DNA from: Eledone cirrhosa
Taxonomy: Eukaryota
Assembly: GCA_964016885.1 (NCBI GenBank)
Contig: OZ024757.1
Coordinates: forward strand, 37,572,001-37,636,000
Length of the DNA: 64,000 nt
Direction: 5' to 3'
The notes below the pieces were generated by a model. The model ran no database searches and had not been told where the DNA came from. It was given only the letters and a program-made list of their open reading frames with translations. Below, piece by piece: positions 11,283 through 25,190 of this stretch (position 1 is its first letter; the number at the start of each line of letters is the position of its first letter). The translations under genes and the position numbers were made by a program.

Positions 11283-14200
11283 TAGGTCTAGACAGAAAAA
11301 CTTTGGAAAATGGACGGAAAATAGACGTCTAAGTCGACGGAAAGTCGACGGAAAGTCGACGGAAAGTCGACGGAAAGTCGACGGAAAGTCGACGGAAAGT
11401 CGACGGAAAGTCGACGGAAAGTCGACGGAAAGTCGACGGAAAGTCGACGGAAAGTCGACGGAAAGTCGACGGAAAGTCGACGGAAAGTCGACGGGAAATC
11501 GACGGGAAATCGACGGGAAATCGACGGGAAATCGACGGGAAATCGACGGGAAATCGACGGGAACTAGACGGAACTAGACGGAACTAGTCGGAAATAGTCG
11601 GAAATACCCGGTAATACCCGGAAATAGTCGGAAATAGCCGGAAATAAATCTTCAGGTCTTTACAGAGGTCCGACTCCCACGTCGATCTCAAGCTGTGACA
11701 TGCCGCCCACGCTCTCGACTCCATCATCTGCATCCCCAATCTTTGCTCCCAAATACAGGAAGCCCTCAAGGCCACATCAGCTCAGTTTTCTTTAGTACTG
11801 AGGCATATTATCCCATTACGCTTGCCTCGGTACTAAAGAAAATTGAGCTGATATGGCCTTGAGGGCTTCCTGTATTTGGGAGCAAAGATTGGGGATGCAG
11901 ATGATGGGGTCAAGAGCGTGGGCGACATGTCACAGCTTGAGATCGACGTGGGAGTCGGACCTCTGTAAAGACCTGAAGTATATAATCGAGGTTAAATCGA
12001 CGGAAGATCGACGGGAAATCGACGTAAATTAGACGAAGTAGACAGAAATAGCCGAAAATAGTCGCGAATAATCGGGAGTACCCGGAAATAGTCGGAAATA
12101 GTCGGAAATAGCCGGAGATACCCGGAAATAGGCGGAAATAGTCGGAAAATAGGCGGAAGATTGAGGGAAGATTGTGGGAAGATTGAGGGAAGATTGTGGG
12201 AAGATTGGGGGAAGATTGGGGGAAGATTGAGGGAAGATTGAGGGGAAAATTGACGGAAAATAGACATCTAAATAGACGGAAATTCGACGGAAAATAGATG
12301 TCTAATAATACGGAAAATCGACGGAAATAGCCGGTAAAATCGACGTAAAATAGACAGAAAATCGTTGGAAATAGACGGAACTAGCCGGAAAATAGACGGA
12401 ATCAACGGAAAATCGACGGAAAATAGACGTCTAAATAGACAGAAAATCGACGGAAAATAGACGTCTAAATAGACAGAAAATCGACGGAAAATAGACGTCT
12501 AAATATACGGAAAATAGACGGAACTAGCCGGAAATAGACGTCTAAATAGACAGAAAATAGGCGAAAACCGACGGAAAATCGGCGGAATTTCGACGGAAAA
12601 TAGACGGAAAATCGAAGGAAAATAGACGAAAATAAAACGTCTAAATAGACGGAAAATCGACGGAATATAGACATCTAAATATACGGAAATATACGGAACT
12701 AGTCGGAAAATCGACGGATAATAGACGGAAATAGGCGGAAAATCGAAAGATTGAGGGAAAATCGACGAAAGATCGACGAAAGATCAACGAAAGATCGATG
12801 AAAGATCGAAAGATCGACGAAAGATCGAAAGATCGACGAAAGATCGACGAAAGATCGACGAAAGATCGACGAAAGATCGACGGAAGATCGACGAAAGATC
12901 GACGAAAGATCGACGAAAGATCGACGAAAGATCGACGAAAGATCGACGAAAGATCGACGAAAGATCGACGAAAGATCGACGAAAGATCGACGAAAGATCG
13001 ACGAAAGATCGACGAAAGATCGACGAAAGATCGACGAAAGATCGACGAAAGATCGACGAAAGATCGACGAAAGATCGACGAAAGATCGACGAAAGATCGA
13101 CGAAAGATCGACGAAAGATCGACGAAAGATCGACGAAAGATCGACGAAAGATCGACGAAAGATCGACGAAAGATCGACGAAAGATCGACGAAAGATCGAC
13201 GAAAGATCGACGAAAGATCGACGAAAGATCGACGAAAGATCGACGAAAGATCGACGAAAGATCGACGAAAGATCGACGGAAGATCGACGGAAGATCGACG
13301 GAAGATCGACGGAAGATCGACGGAAGATCGACGGAAGATCGACGGGAAAATAGACGGAAAATGGACGGAACTGGCCGGAAATACCAGGAAATAGTCCGAA
13401 ATAGCCAGAAAAATCGACGGAAAATCGCGGAAAATGGACGGAACTGGCCGGAAATACCAGGAAATAGTCCGAAATAGCCAGAAAAATCGACGGAAAATCG
13501 ACGGAAAATAGACGGAACTAGCCGGAAAATCGACGGAAAATCGACGGAAAATCGGAAAATAGACGGAAAATAGACGTCTAAATCGACGTAAAACCGGCGG
13601 AAAATCGACGTAAAATCGACGGAACATAGACGAAAAAGAAACGGAAAATAGACGGAAAATCGACGGGAAAATCGACGGGAAAATAGATGGAAAATGGACA
13701 GAACTAGCCGGAAATACCCGGAAAATCGACGGAGAATAGACGAAAAATCGAAGGAAAATCGACGGAAAATCGACGTCTAAATCGACAGAAAATCGACGGA
13801 ATATCGATACCCGGAAATTACCGGAAATTACCGGAAATTACCGGAAATTACCGGAAATTGCCGGAAATTACCGGAAATTACCGGAAACTGCCGGAAATTA
13901 CCGGAAATTACCGGAAATTACCGGAAATTACCGGAAATTACCGGAAATTACCGGAAATTGCCGGAAAGTGCCGGAAAGTGCCGGAAAGTACCGGAAAGTA
14001 CCGGAAAGTACCGGAAAGTACCGGAAAGTACCGGAAATTGCCGGAAATTACCGGAAATTACCGGAAATTACCGGAAATTACCGGAAATTACCGGAAATTG
14101 TCGGAAATTGCCGGAAATTGCCGGAAATTGCCGGAAATTGTCGGAAATTGTCGGAAATTACCGGAAATTGTCGGAAATTGTCGGAAATTACCGGAAATTA

Positions 14201-16040
14201 CCGGAAATTGCCGGAAACTACCGGAAATTACCGGAAATTACCGGAAATAGCCGGAAACACCCGGGAATACCCAGAGACACCCGGGAACACCCGGAAACAC
14301 CTGGAAATACACGGTAACAACCGGAAATACCTGTAAATAGCCGAAAATACCCGGAAATATCTGGAAATATCCGTAAATAGTCGAAAATAGCCGGAAATAA
14401 GCGGAATATGGACGTGAAAATCGACGGGAAATCGACGTAAAATAGACGGAATAATCGACGGAAAATAGACGGAAAAATAGCTGGAAATATCCTGGAATAG
14501 CCGGAAATAGATGGAAATACCCGTAAATACCCAGAAATAGCCGGAAAAATCGACGCGAAAATCTACGGAAAATCTACGGAAAATAGACAGTAAATCTACG
14601 GTAAATAGACGGAAAATCGGCGGAAAATCGACGGAAAATCGACGGAAAATCGACGAAAAATCGACAAAATCGACGGAAAATAGACGAAAAAGAAACGGAA
14701 AATAGACGGAAAATAGACGGAAAAATCGACGGAACTAGCCGGAAAAATCGACGTAAAATAGACAGAAAATCGACGGAAAATAGACGGACTAGCCGGAAAA
14801 TAGACGGAATCAACGGAAAATCGACGGGAAATTGACGGAAAATCGACAGAATATGAGCGGAATATCGACGGAAATTAGACGGAAAATAGACAGAAAATCG
14901 ACGCAAAATCTACGGTAAGTAGACAGAAAATAGACGGAAAATCGATAGAAAATTGGCGGATAATCGACTGAAAATAGACGGAAAACCGACGGAAAATTGA
15001 CAGAAAATCGGCGGAAAATCGACGGAAAATAGACGTCTAAATAGACGGAAAATCGACGCAAATATCAACGGAAAATAGACGTCTAAATATACGGAACTAG
15101 CCGGAAAATCGACGTAAAAATCGACGGAAAATAGACGGAAAATAGAAGGAAAATAGACGGAAGATAGACGAAACTAGCTGGAAATAGCCGGAAATACCCA
15201 GAAATAGCCGGAAAAATCGACGGAAAATCGACAAAATGTCGGCGGAAAATAGACGTCTAAATCTACGGAAAATAGACGTTTAAATATACGGAAAATAGAC
15301 GGAACTAACCGGAAAATCGACGGAAAATCGATGGAAATACCAGGAAATAACCGGAAACATACGGAAATACCCCCAAACACCCGAAAATACTCGAAAATAA
15401 CCGGAAATACCTGGAAATAGTCGGAAATACCCGAGAATACACGGAAAAAACCGGAAACACCCGGAAACAGCCGTAAACACCCGGGAATAGCCGGGAATAG
15501 CCGAAAACAACCGTAAATACCCGGAATATCCGGAAATACACGGTAATAACCGGAAACACCGGGAATATCCGGAAACAGCTGGAAATACCCGAAAATAGTC
15601 TCAAATAGCCGGAAACACCAAGCAATAACCGGAATTAACCGGAAATAGCCGGAGATACCCGGAGATACCCGTAAATAGTCGCAAATAGCCGGAGAAATCG
15701 ACTGGAAATTGACGGAAAATAGGCGGAAAATCGACGGAGAATAGATGGAAAATCGAAGGAATATATAAGGAAAATATACGGAACTAGCTGGAAAATCGAC
15801 GGAAAAATCAACGGGAAATAGACGGAAGATAGACGGAACTAGCCGTAAATAGCTGGAAATACCCTGGAATAGCCGGAAATACCTAGAAATATCCGGAAAA
15901 ATCGACGTAAAATAGACAGAATATCGACGGAAAATCGACGGAAAATAGACGGAACTAGCCGGAAAATCGACGGAAAAATCCACGGAAAATAGACGGAAAA
16001 TCGATGAAAATCGACGATAATTCGACGGAAAATCGACGTG
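11283..16040. repeat. CpG-rich complex satellite of 10-11-bp units (GTCGACGGAAA, GATCGACGAAA, CCGGAAATTA, AATAGACGGAA)
   Basis: Homogeneous sub-arrays at about 11333-11490, 12830-13270 and 13810-14250 sit within degenerate versions of the same units. Confidence 0.93.
11650..11978. repeat. Inverted repeat with 156-bp arms and a 17-nt spacer (foldback/MITE-like)
   Basis: 11650-11805 is the reverse complement of 11823-11978, with 6 mismatches counted by eye, all transitions. Confidence 0.92.
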
Positions 16041-17166
16041 AAAATGTGTGTATATATACATATCTACATATATATGTATACATCTAAATATATATATGTA
16101 TTGTATATGTATACATATCTATATATATGTATACATATATATATATATATATGTATATATCTATATATATGTATATATCTATATATATGTATATATCTAT
16201 ATATATGTATATATCTATATATATATGTATATATCTATATATATGTATATATCTATATATGTATATATATATACATATATATATGTATATATCTATATAT
16301 ATGGATATATCTATATATATGGATATATCTATATATATGGATATATCTATACATATATATATATGTATATATCTATATATATGTATATATATACACATAT
16401 ATATATATGTATATATCTATATATATGTATATATATACACATATATATATATGTATATATCTATATATATATGTATATAGAAACATATATATATATATGT
16501 ATATATCTCTATATATATGTATATAGAAACATATATATATGTATATGTACATATATATTTACATATCTTTATCTAAATACACAATACCACATGACTATTA
16601 CAGCCATCATTACAACTACTATTACCACCACCACCACCACCACCACCACCACCACCACTACTAATAATATTAATAATACGATGAAATATCCTCTCGTTTC
16701 TTCCATTATTAAATTGTAGATATTTATGTAAACACAGACAAAAGTCGCAAGGAGAAGTCGACCAATTATGTAGCCGCTCCGACAGTTAAATGTATATATT
16801 TGGCTGAAAGTTTTTCAAAGACATCTCTTTTACTGCTAGAGTCTTTCATCTGCCTAGTTTGGACGCAAATATACCACGACACTGCCGCCATAACACATAA
16901 CTAAGGTAATTTGATGAGATCTGATGACCGTTGTACAGGCACCAATTTGACCAGCGCTTTACAAAAGAAGAGGAATGGGTCTCGGTCTGTTTCGACGAGG
17001 ATATACCGTATATAGTATAGACTAGCGAATATATATAATGTATATATACACACATTAACACAAATACCGCACCTCACATACAATATATATATATATATAT
17101 ATATACACACTCACATCAATCGATAGATGTGTGAATGTACTCGAGAAAGTATTTATATATGTACAC

Positions 17167-17215
<49 letters not shown>

Positions 17216-17310
17216 ATATTATATATATATATTATATATATATATATATATAGAATAAGAACAAGTCGAGGTAGTGTATATGTTAAAGAGTCCTTTATTA
17301 ATAAGGCTGG

Positions 17311-17385
17311 GCTGTGATACATATTTCAATGGCGACAGTGGGCACGTGATTTCACGCAACCAGTGTCATGATCTCATCAGACAGC
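17311..17385 (-). ncRNA. Type I hammerhead ribozyme in a PLE-derived insertion between (TA)n tracts
   Basis: Minus strand: GCUGU-CUGAUGA-[long stem II]-GAAA-UAUGUA-UC|ACAGC. Perfect 5-bp stem I, minimal stem III, AUC cleavage site. Confidence 0.75.
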
Positions 17386-17406
17386 TTCATTATATATATA
17401 TATATA

Positions 17407-17999
17407 TGGTGGCTGCCAACTCGTTTTCGAGTACGGCCACTACTTTATATCCATGTAGGAGAACCCCTACCGATGCGCTGAACAAGTGTGTCTTTCTAAT
17501 CCAGCCAGCGACTTGAAAACTCTGGTATAAACACTAGACTTGTGAAAATTATTGACACATAGTGCTGGGCCCATGGTACCATGTGACGACAAGTGCAGAG
17601 AGATCTCCAGATATAAAGCAATGCCTGTGCCGTGAAGCTTTTATAGTGAGCAAAGGCACTGTACGATGCCAGTCCCACTCTCTTAACCAAGATGATATTT
17701 ACCAAAAAGAAGAACAAGTCAACATCATTGGATACCATCAGGGTTGCAGGTGTTATATCAGAGTTTTCCTTCTCCTAGAATTCTGCCTTGACAAAGACTA
17801 AGGGGTCATCTCTCCCGGTGATTTTGAATGGCCACTGACTCTTAAGAACTTCTTTGCCCTTTGACAGGTCACCAGTTGGTGCTACTGGTAACATGTATCC
17901 CAGTACAACCTGTCTCATGGTCGGGTCGTTGGCGACTAAACTGGCAACCCCACCAATGTTTCTTGGTGAGGAGGGTGACTTTGGACATCCTGCAGGACT
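17407..17999 (-). pseudogene. Possible highly decayed Penelope-type reverse transcriptase fragment
   Basis: Minus translation PRNIGG...DPTMRQVV...PTGDLSK...DITPATLMVSNDVDLFFFLVNI, then GTMGP in another frame. The order resembles PLE RT motifs PRxYG/PLRPVVS/PTYxLSK/MVSFDVxSLFTNI/GxxMG. It has stops and frameshifts and is flanked by (TA)n. Confidence 0.4.
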
Positions 18000-18359
18000 A
18001 AAATATATATATACACATACATATATACATACATTAATTGAAAAAGGTTTCAAGCGATGAGTGTAAATGAATTTTTTAACAATATATCTATCAAGTGTTA
18101 AACTAATATACATCTTCATTGTACTGTATCGTTCAGCTGTGACGTGTCGCTGTTTACGTTTCTCACACACACAAACGCATGGGTATATAAATCTGGCCCT
18201 CTGTTGCATATGCAGACTATCACTGACGTACTTATCCTTGTACAATGAATATATATCTGTGGGTATGATTGTGTATATGCATGTATAACAATCATATTTG
18301 TGGGTATGATTGTGTATGCATGTGTAGTTATATCTAGATATATATATATATATATATAT

Positions 18360-18428
18360 GGACGGAAATGTGGTAAGGAACCAGATGGACCATAACGCAC
18401 CAAAGTACTCAATATTTAGAGAGTGGAA
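18360..18428 (-). mobile_element. PLE family A, 3' tail-only copy
   Basis: GGAAATGTGGTAAGGAACCAGATGGACCATAACGCACCAAAGTACTCAATA directly after (TA)n; matches 40948-41005. Confidence 0.85.
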
Positions 18429-18539
18429 TATGATAAAGTCCACAACGCTAAAAGCTAAGGTTTAATAGCAGTAAATTATATACAGCGTTTTATGCCGTTA
18501 AATTTTCGACTTTGGGATTTATATAGAAATATAGAATAT

Positions 18540-18754
18540 GAACACACACAGACACACACACACACACGCACACGCACACGCACACGCACACACGCACACA
18601 CGCACACACGCGCAGACGCGCAGACGCGCAGACGCGCAGACGCGCACACAGACACGCACACAGACACGCACACAGACACGCACACAGACACGCACACAGA
18701 CACGCACACGCACACGCGCACGCACACGCGCACGCACACGCAGACACACACACA

Positions 18755-18795
<41 letters not shown>
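18540..18795. repeat. (CA)n/(CACG)n/(CAGACACGCACA)n compound microsatellite
   Basis: Directly visible. Confidence 0.9.
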
Positions 18796-18831
18796 CCCCC
18801 CCCACACACACAGCATGTCCCTATTGGTTGT

Positions 18832-18995
18832 CCATCCTTATGGGGTCGTTAAAATAGTGTACCAGTGACGCACTGGAGTCGATTTAGTTGACTTTCCCCT
18901 CCCCCAAAATTGATGGCCTTGTGCCTTTGTAAGGAACCATTGTAATATTTTCGTATAAGGGCGGTGGATTGGCAGTATCGGTAGAGGATTGGATA
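18832..18995 (+). mobile_element. SINE fragments (3' core/tail and a separate 5' head)
   Basis: ATCCTTATGGGGTCG...GTACCAGT...GGCCTTGTGCC, and GGCGGTGGATTGGCAGTATCGGTAGAG. Both match the full SINE at 49476-49661. Confidence 0.7.
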
Positions 18996-19094
18996 GTGTA
19001 TTTAGATATATATATATAGTGTATTTAAATATATATACTGTATATATATATATATATATATATATAGTATATTCACATACACATATATATATAT

Positions 19095-19129
<35 letters not shown>

Positions 19130-19492
19130 TTATATTTGGAGTGAATGATTTTCTGCTTTTCTTTTGAAACAACGTCGCCATTTCTCAAAAAATGCTCACA
19201 AAATTTGGGACAAAGACCCAGATAAACCACATACAAATTTATGAATATAAATATCCCTTCATTGAACAGCTTCAGGGCGTAAAAGGGAGACTGTAAGAAA
19301 AGAGATAGAAAATGACTGAAAGTTCTAAAGTATTCGGAGCAAGATAGCTGGGAAGGACTAAAATGTAATCAAAAAGAACGTTTTTTTTAAAATTCTAAAC
19401 TATATGATTCTCCTTCAATTCTATTTTAACTTTCTCTATCTCCTTGCTGTGTTCTATGTGTGTGTTTGTGGGTATATATATATATATATATA

Positions 19493-19772
19493 TGTAGGAG
19501 GTGAGTTTTATTGTAGTACAATAAAGCAATGCAGATATCGGATAAGAAGCACTCTACAGTTTGTAGGACTGGAGTATACATAATATATAAGATCAAAGGA
19601 TGGTTAAAGGAGTTCCATGTATTTTATTATGCGCATTTCAAAAACAAACATCATCATGCAATAATATTTGTGTTTTCATCTGATGAAAACACAAATATTA
19701 TTGCATGATGATGTTTGTTTTTGAAATGCGCATAATAAAATACATGGAACTCCTTTAACCATCCTTTGATCT

Positions 19773-19782
<10 letters not shown>
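19493..19782 (-). mobile_element. PLE family B hairpin+tail insertion in (TA)n; perfect palindrome 19580-19782
   Basis: 101-bp arms centred on 19681, plus a tail of about 90 nt (19493-19579). Same family as 50500-50912. Confidence 0.85.
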
Positions 19783-19804
<22 letters not shown>

Positions 19805-19805
19805 G

Positions 19806-19860
<55 letters not shown>

Positions 19861-19862
<2 letters not shown>

Positions 19863-20026
19863 TTAGACAAGGTTAATGAATAAATCAAAGAATGAGTTTT
19901 ACAATAGATTGGAAGCACTCAATAGAATGGTTTTCCAGAGTTATTAATATTAATTCAAAATATTAACAAAATAGTACCTCTGAAATATGTATAATAAAAT
20001 ATACTTGATCACAATATTTTGAATTA

Positions 20027-20027
<1 letters not shown>
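19861..20027. mobile_element. PLE family E insertion (tail + inverted fragment with the 3' half of a hammerhead)
   Basis: AGTACCTCT-GAAA-TATGTA-TA-ATAAAATATACTTGATCAC matches the minus strand of 40452-40492. TAATTCAAAATATT is inverted at both ends. Confidence 0.65.
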
Positions 20028-20089
<62 letters not shown>

Positions 20090-20093
<4 letters not shown>

Positions 20094-20334
20094 TGTATAT
20101 ATATATAGATGTATATATATAGATGTATATATTAATATCATCACACACATACATATATATATATATACACACACACCACTTTAACTCTTCATATATAAAT
20201 GTCTATAGTTATATATAGCTATATATACATATGTGTATACATGTGTGTGTATACATCATTAAAGCGAGCCAGTGTATGTGTATATATATGTATATATATA
20301 TATGTGTATGTATATATACATATATATTTGTAGG

Positions 20335-20380
<46 letters not shown>

Positions 20381-20611
20381 TGTATATATATAGATGTATA
20401 TATTAATATCATCACACACATACATATATATATATATACACACACACCACTTTAACTCTTCATATATAAATGTCTATAGTTATATATAGCTATATATACA
20501 TGTGTGTATACATGTGTGTGTATACATCATTAAAGCGAGCCAGTGTATGTGTATATATATGTATATATATATATATGTATGTATATATACATATATATTT
20601 GTAGGTATATG

Positions 20612-20620
<9 letters not shown>
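20090..20620. repeat. Tandem duplication of about 270 bp
   Basis: CACCACTTTAACTCTTC...AAAGCGAGCCAGTG occurs twice, at about 20174 and 20445. Confidence 0.9.
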
Positions 20621-21948
<1,328 letters not shown>

Positions 21949-22549
21949 ATATTTGCATATGTGACCGATGCAGTGTGTTTGTCGTATGTGTGTTATAAAA
22001 CATTTAATACAATCTTAACATAAACACATAAACACATAAACACATGTGGGTGTATATACAACTTTTATACACACATATACATACATACATACACACACAC
22101 CTACATATATACACCCACATATATACATCCATATATATCCACATATGATTACACATATATATTTCAATAGCGGTCTTTTATTACATACAGAAGCTCACAG
22201 ATAAAAATGTACTAGTGCTTTTAAGAATTCCGTTTTGTATGTTAGAAATTTAATAATTTGTATCTTTTTTTGTTTTGTTTTGGTTTATGTATAGTTTTAT
22301 TTAGTTTGTTTGTTTGTTTGCTTGCTTTAAAGAATTCGCCGAAAGTTTTCGGTCTAAAATTTGAATCTTATCGCCATTTCTAATGCTTCTTTGTGTGTTG
22401 GAGTGTTGCAGTTCTGTTCTGGTTTTCGAATTACCTGAAATCTTCTCTTCCTAAATGGAAATAATTTCTTACGAAGAGCCTTAAGGTGATACATATACAC
22501 ACGCACATATATATATATTTATATATATATATATATATGTATTTATATT

Positions 22550-22606
<57 letters not shown>

Positions 22607-22607
22607 T

Positions 22608-22656
<49 letters not shown>

Positions 22657-22693
22657 ATGCGTATCATATACATGCGTATACATGTTTATACAT

Positions 22694-22758
<65 letters not shown>

Positions 22759-23073
22759 CATATACACACACATACATATATATATATATATACATATACA
22801 CATACACACAGATGCACATATATATATATATACTGATGTATTAGTAATAGTAGTGATGTTAATGATAATAATGGAGATGATACAACTACTACTATTAAAC
22901 TTACTACTACTACTAAAATGTAATGATAAAGATTATAATACTAGTGAAAGAAATGGTGATGATGATGATATTGGTGATGATGGTGATGATGATACTGTAA
23001 AGAAATATAATTTAAGCATTAGCTGATAAGTTTTATATTTCATTTTCTTTGCCTTTTTCTTTTTCTTTGTTAT

Positions 23074-23232
23074 GTTAGTAGCAGTTTGAACGAAATGTTA
23101 TGGAGTTGTTGTGAGTTAGGTGGACTAAAACACTCTCTAGACATCGTTATGGAGTCATTGTTAGTAGCAGTTTGAACGAAATGTTATGATGGAGTTGTGA
23201 GTTAGGTGGACTAAAACACTCTCTAGACATTG
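23074..23232. repeat. Tandem duplication of about 86 bp
   Basis: GTTAGTAGCAGTTTGAACGAAATGTTATG...CTCTCTAGACAT occurs twice. Confidence 0.9.
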
Positions 23233-23267
23233 TTGTGGAATCACCAGACACAAACCATTACAAAATA

Positions 23268-23444
23268 ATTGTTTCTACTTTAGGCACAAGGCCAGCAATT
23301 ACCCAGTGCATTACTGGTACTTTATTTTATCGACCCCGTAAGGATGAAAGTCAAAGTCAACCTCGGCGGGATTTGAACTCAGATCGTAAAGGGACATAAC
23401 TATGCTGGAAAGCATGGCGTCCGACCCTCTACCGATACTGCCAA
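23268..23444 (-). mobile_element. tRNA-derived SINE with a conserved central core (Meta/MESC-like; Octopus-type)
   Basis: Minus strand: A-box TGGCAGTATCGG, B-box GAGTTCAAATCC, core TTTCATCCTTACGGGGTCGATAAAAT. Five well-conserved copies are in the window. Confidence 0.88.
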
Positions 23445-23587
23445 GTTCCAATTTAGACATTCTACTTTCATTTTCTCATTGTGTATACGCTGTCCCCCTC
23501 TCTCGCTCTCTCACCCTTCTCTCTCTCCCTCTCCCCCCTCGATTATGTTTCTCAGTAAATAGCTCAATAAACGTCTGGTTTGAGCAA

Positions 23588-24020
23588 CTACCTACCTACC
23601 TACCTACCTACCTACCTACCTACCTACCTACCTACCTACCTACCTACTTACCCACCTACCTACCTACCTACCTACCTACCTACCTACCTACCTACCTACC
23701 TACCTACCTACCTACCTACCTACCTACCTACCTACCTACCTACTTACCCACCTACCTACCTATCTACCTACCTACCTACCTACCTATCTACCTACCTACC
23801 TACCTACCTACCTACCTATCTATCTATCTATCTATCTATCTACCTACCTACCTACCTACCTACCTACCTACCTATCTACCTACCTACCTACCTACCTACC
23901 TACCTACCTACCTACCTACCTACCTACCTACCTACAACCTACCTACCTACCTACCTACATACCTACCTACCTACCTACCTACCTACCTATCTACCTACCT
24001 ATCTACCTACCTACCTACCT
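23588..24020. repeat. (CTAC)n tetranucleotide microsatellite
   Basis: Directly visible. Confidence 0.97.
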
Positions 24021-24029
24021 ATATATATT

Positions 24030-24189
24030 TACTTGGACTCCTTTATTTCTGTATCTTCTTTGTGATCTTCTCTCTAAACATTGTACTCCTGAAGAAGGGC
24101 TAAAGTCCGACACGTCGGACTTTCTTCCCCCTTTTCCATATAAAGTGTTAAACTAATGACATTTTGTACCTCTCTATGTTGTTACCTTG

Positions 24190-24192
<3 letters not shown>
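24030..24192 (+). mobile_element. PLE terminal-repeat remnant with a mutated minimal hammerhead (24086-24119)
   Basis: CTGAAGA-A-GGGC-TAAA-GTCC-GACA(for GAAA)-CG-TC. Ends in (TA)n and resembles 50011-50046. Confidence 0.55.
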
Positions 24193-24225
<33 letters not shown>

Positions 24226-24227
<2 letters not shown>

Positions 24228-24337
24228 CAAAGAAGGTATGGTAACATACTAGGTGAACCATAACGCACCAGGGTACTCCAGTTCGGATCTACCTGTCGAA
24301 ACGACTGGAGCTCAGCAGTCGGTGTCTTGACCCTTTT

Positions 24338-24341
<4 letters not shown>
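24226..24341. mobile_element. PLE family A (diverged subfamily), tail + inverted hammerhead 3' half
   Basis: CCATAACGCACCAGGGTACTC is joined to GTTCGGATCTACCTGTCGAAACGACTGGAGCTCAGCAGTCGG. Flanked by (TA)n. Confidence 0.8.
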
Positions 24342-24388
<47 letters not shown>

Positions 24389-24476
24389 GTGAAAGCGATT
24401 CTTTGCTTAAACTTTAATCTGTTATTTTAATAAATAAATAATAAAAAAATATATATATAAATAAATAAATAAATAA

Positions 24477-24536
<60 letters not shown>

Positions 24537-24691
24537 AAGATCGCTTGTATTAAGTCAACGGTCTACGGCCAACGTCTAGCTCAGTCAATGAATCTGACAA
24601 ATTGCAGTAAAGCAGCTGCAACGAGCTGTTCAGAGTGCACACACTTAGTTAATAGCAGCCACTGTGTCTGTGATCTGGTAGAGATAAAAAG

Positions 24692-24753
<62 letters not shown>

Positions 24754-24758
<5 letters not shown>

Positions 24759-24957
24759 AGGAAAAGCGAAGTAGTTTCAGATGTTCAAGTCTTTTAATAA
24801 TTATTATTAATAAACATTATTAATAATAATTATTATTATTAAAGGACTTGAACATCTGAAACTACTTCGCTTTTCCTTATTCGATATTTACTCCGTCACT
24901 CCTATGTGGAAAAAGTACGTTGAGTGCTTGAATTGAATTGCATCAATGTTTACCCTA

Positions 24958-24958
<1 letters not shown>
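24754..24958 (+). mobile_element. Hairpin+tail insertion (family C) in a (TA)n(GA)n tract
   Basis: Arms 24754-24801 and 24835-24882 have one mismatch, followed by a tail of about 75 nt ending in (TA)n. Same architecture as families A and B; no ribozyme retained. Confidence 0.65.
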
Positions 24959-24990
<32 letters not shown>

Positions 24991-25100
24991 AAGATAAGCA
25001 GAACAAGTAAAATTCAACCAATTTTTCAAAATAAATCAAAATTAATATACAATTAAAATTAATCAAAATTAAAAAATATAATATAAATATTTACCTATTC

Positions 25101-25190
25101 AAATGGCCCTAACTGTACAGTTTCACGGTGCAAAACATTAAATATCACGAGGATATTAATGGAAAAGCAACGATCATCAGAGAACCATTT
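25101..25190 (-). ncRNA. Type I hammerhead ribozyme within a 440-bp insertion between (TA)n tracts
   Basis: Minus strand: AAAUGGUUCU-CUGAUGA-[long stem II]-GAAA-CUGUACAG-UU|AGGGCCAUUU. 10-bp stem I (2 G-U pairs), palindromic stem III, GUU site. Confidence 0.8.

Noticed and set aside
12641-15625. Arg/Lys-rich and Phe/Ser-rich ORFs in the CpG satellite
   Set aside because: Unit lengths of 10-11 bp are not multiples of 3, and the same peptide appears in all frames.
16921-16990. CTGATGA as a hammerhead core
   Set aside because: No stem II-GAAA-stem III arrangement could be built.
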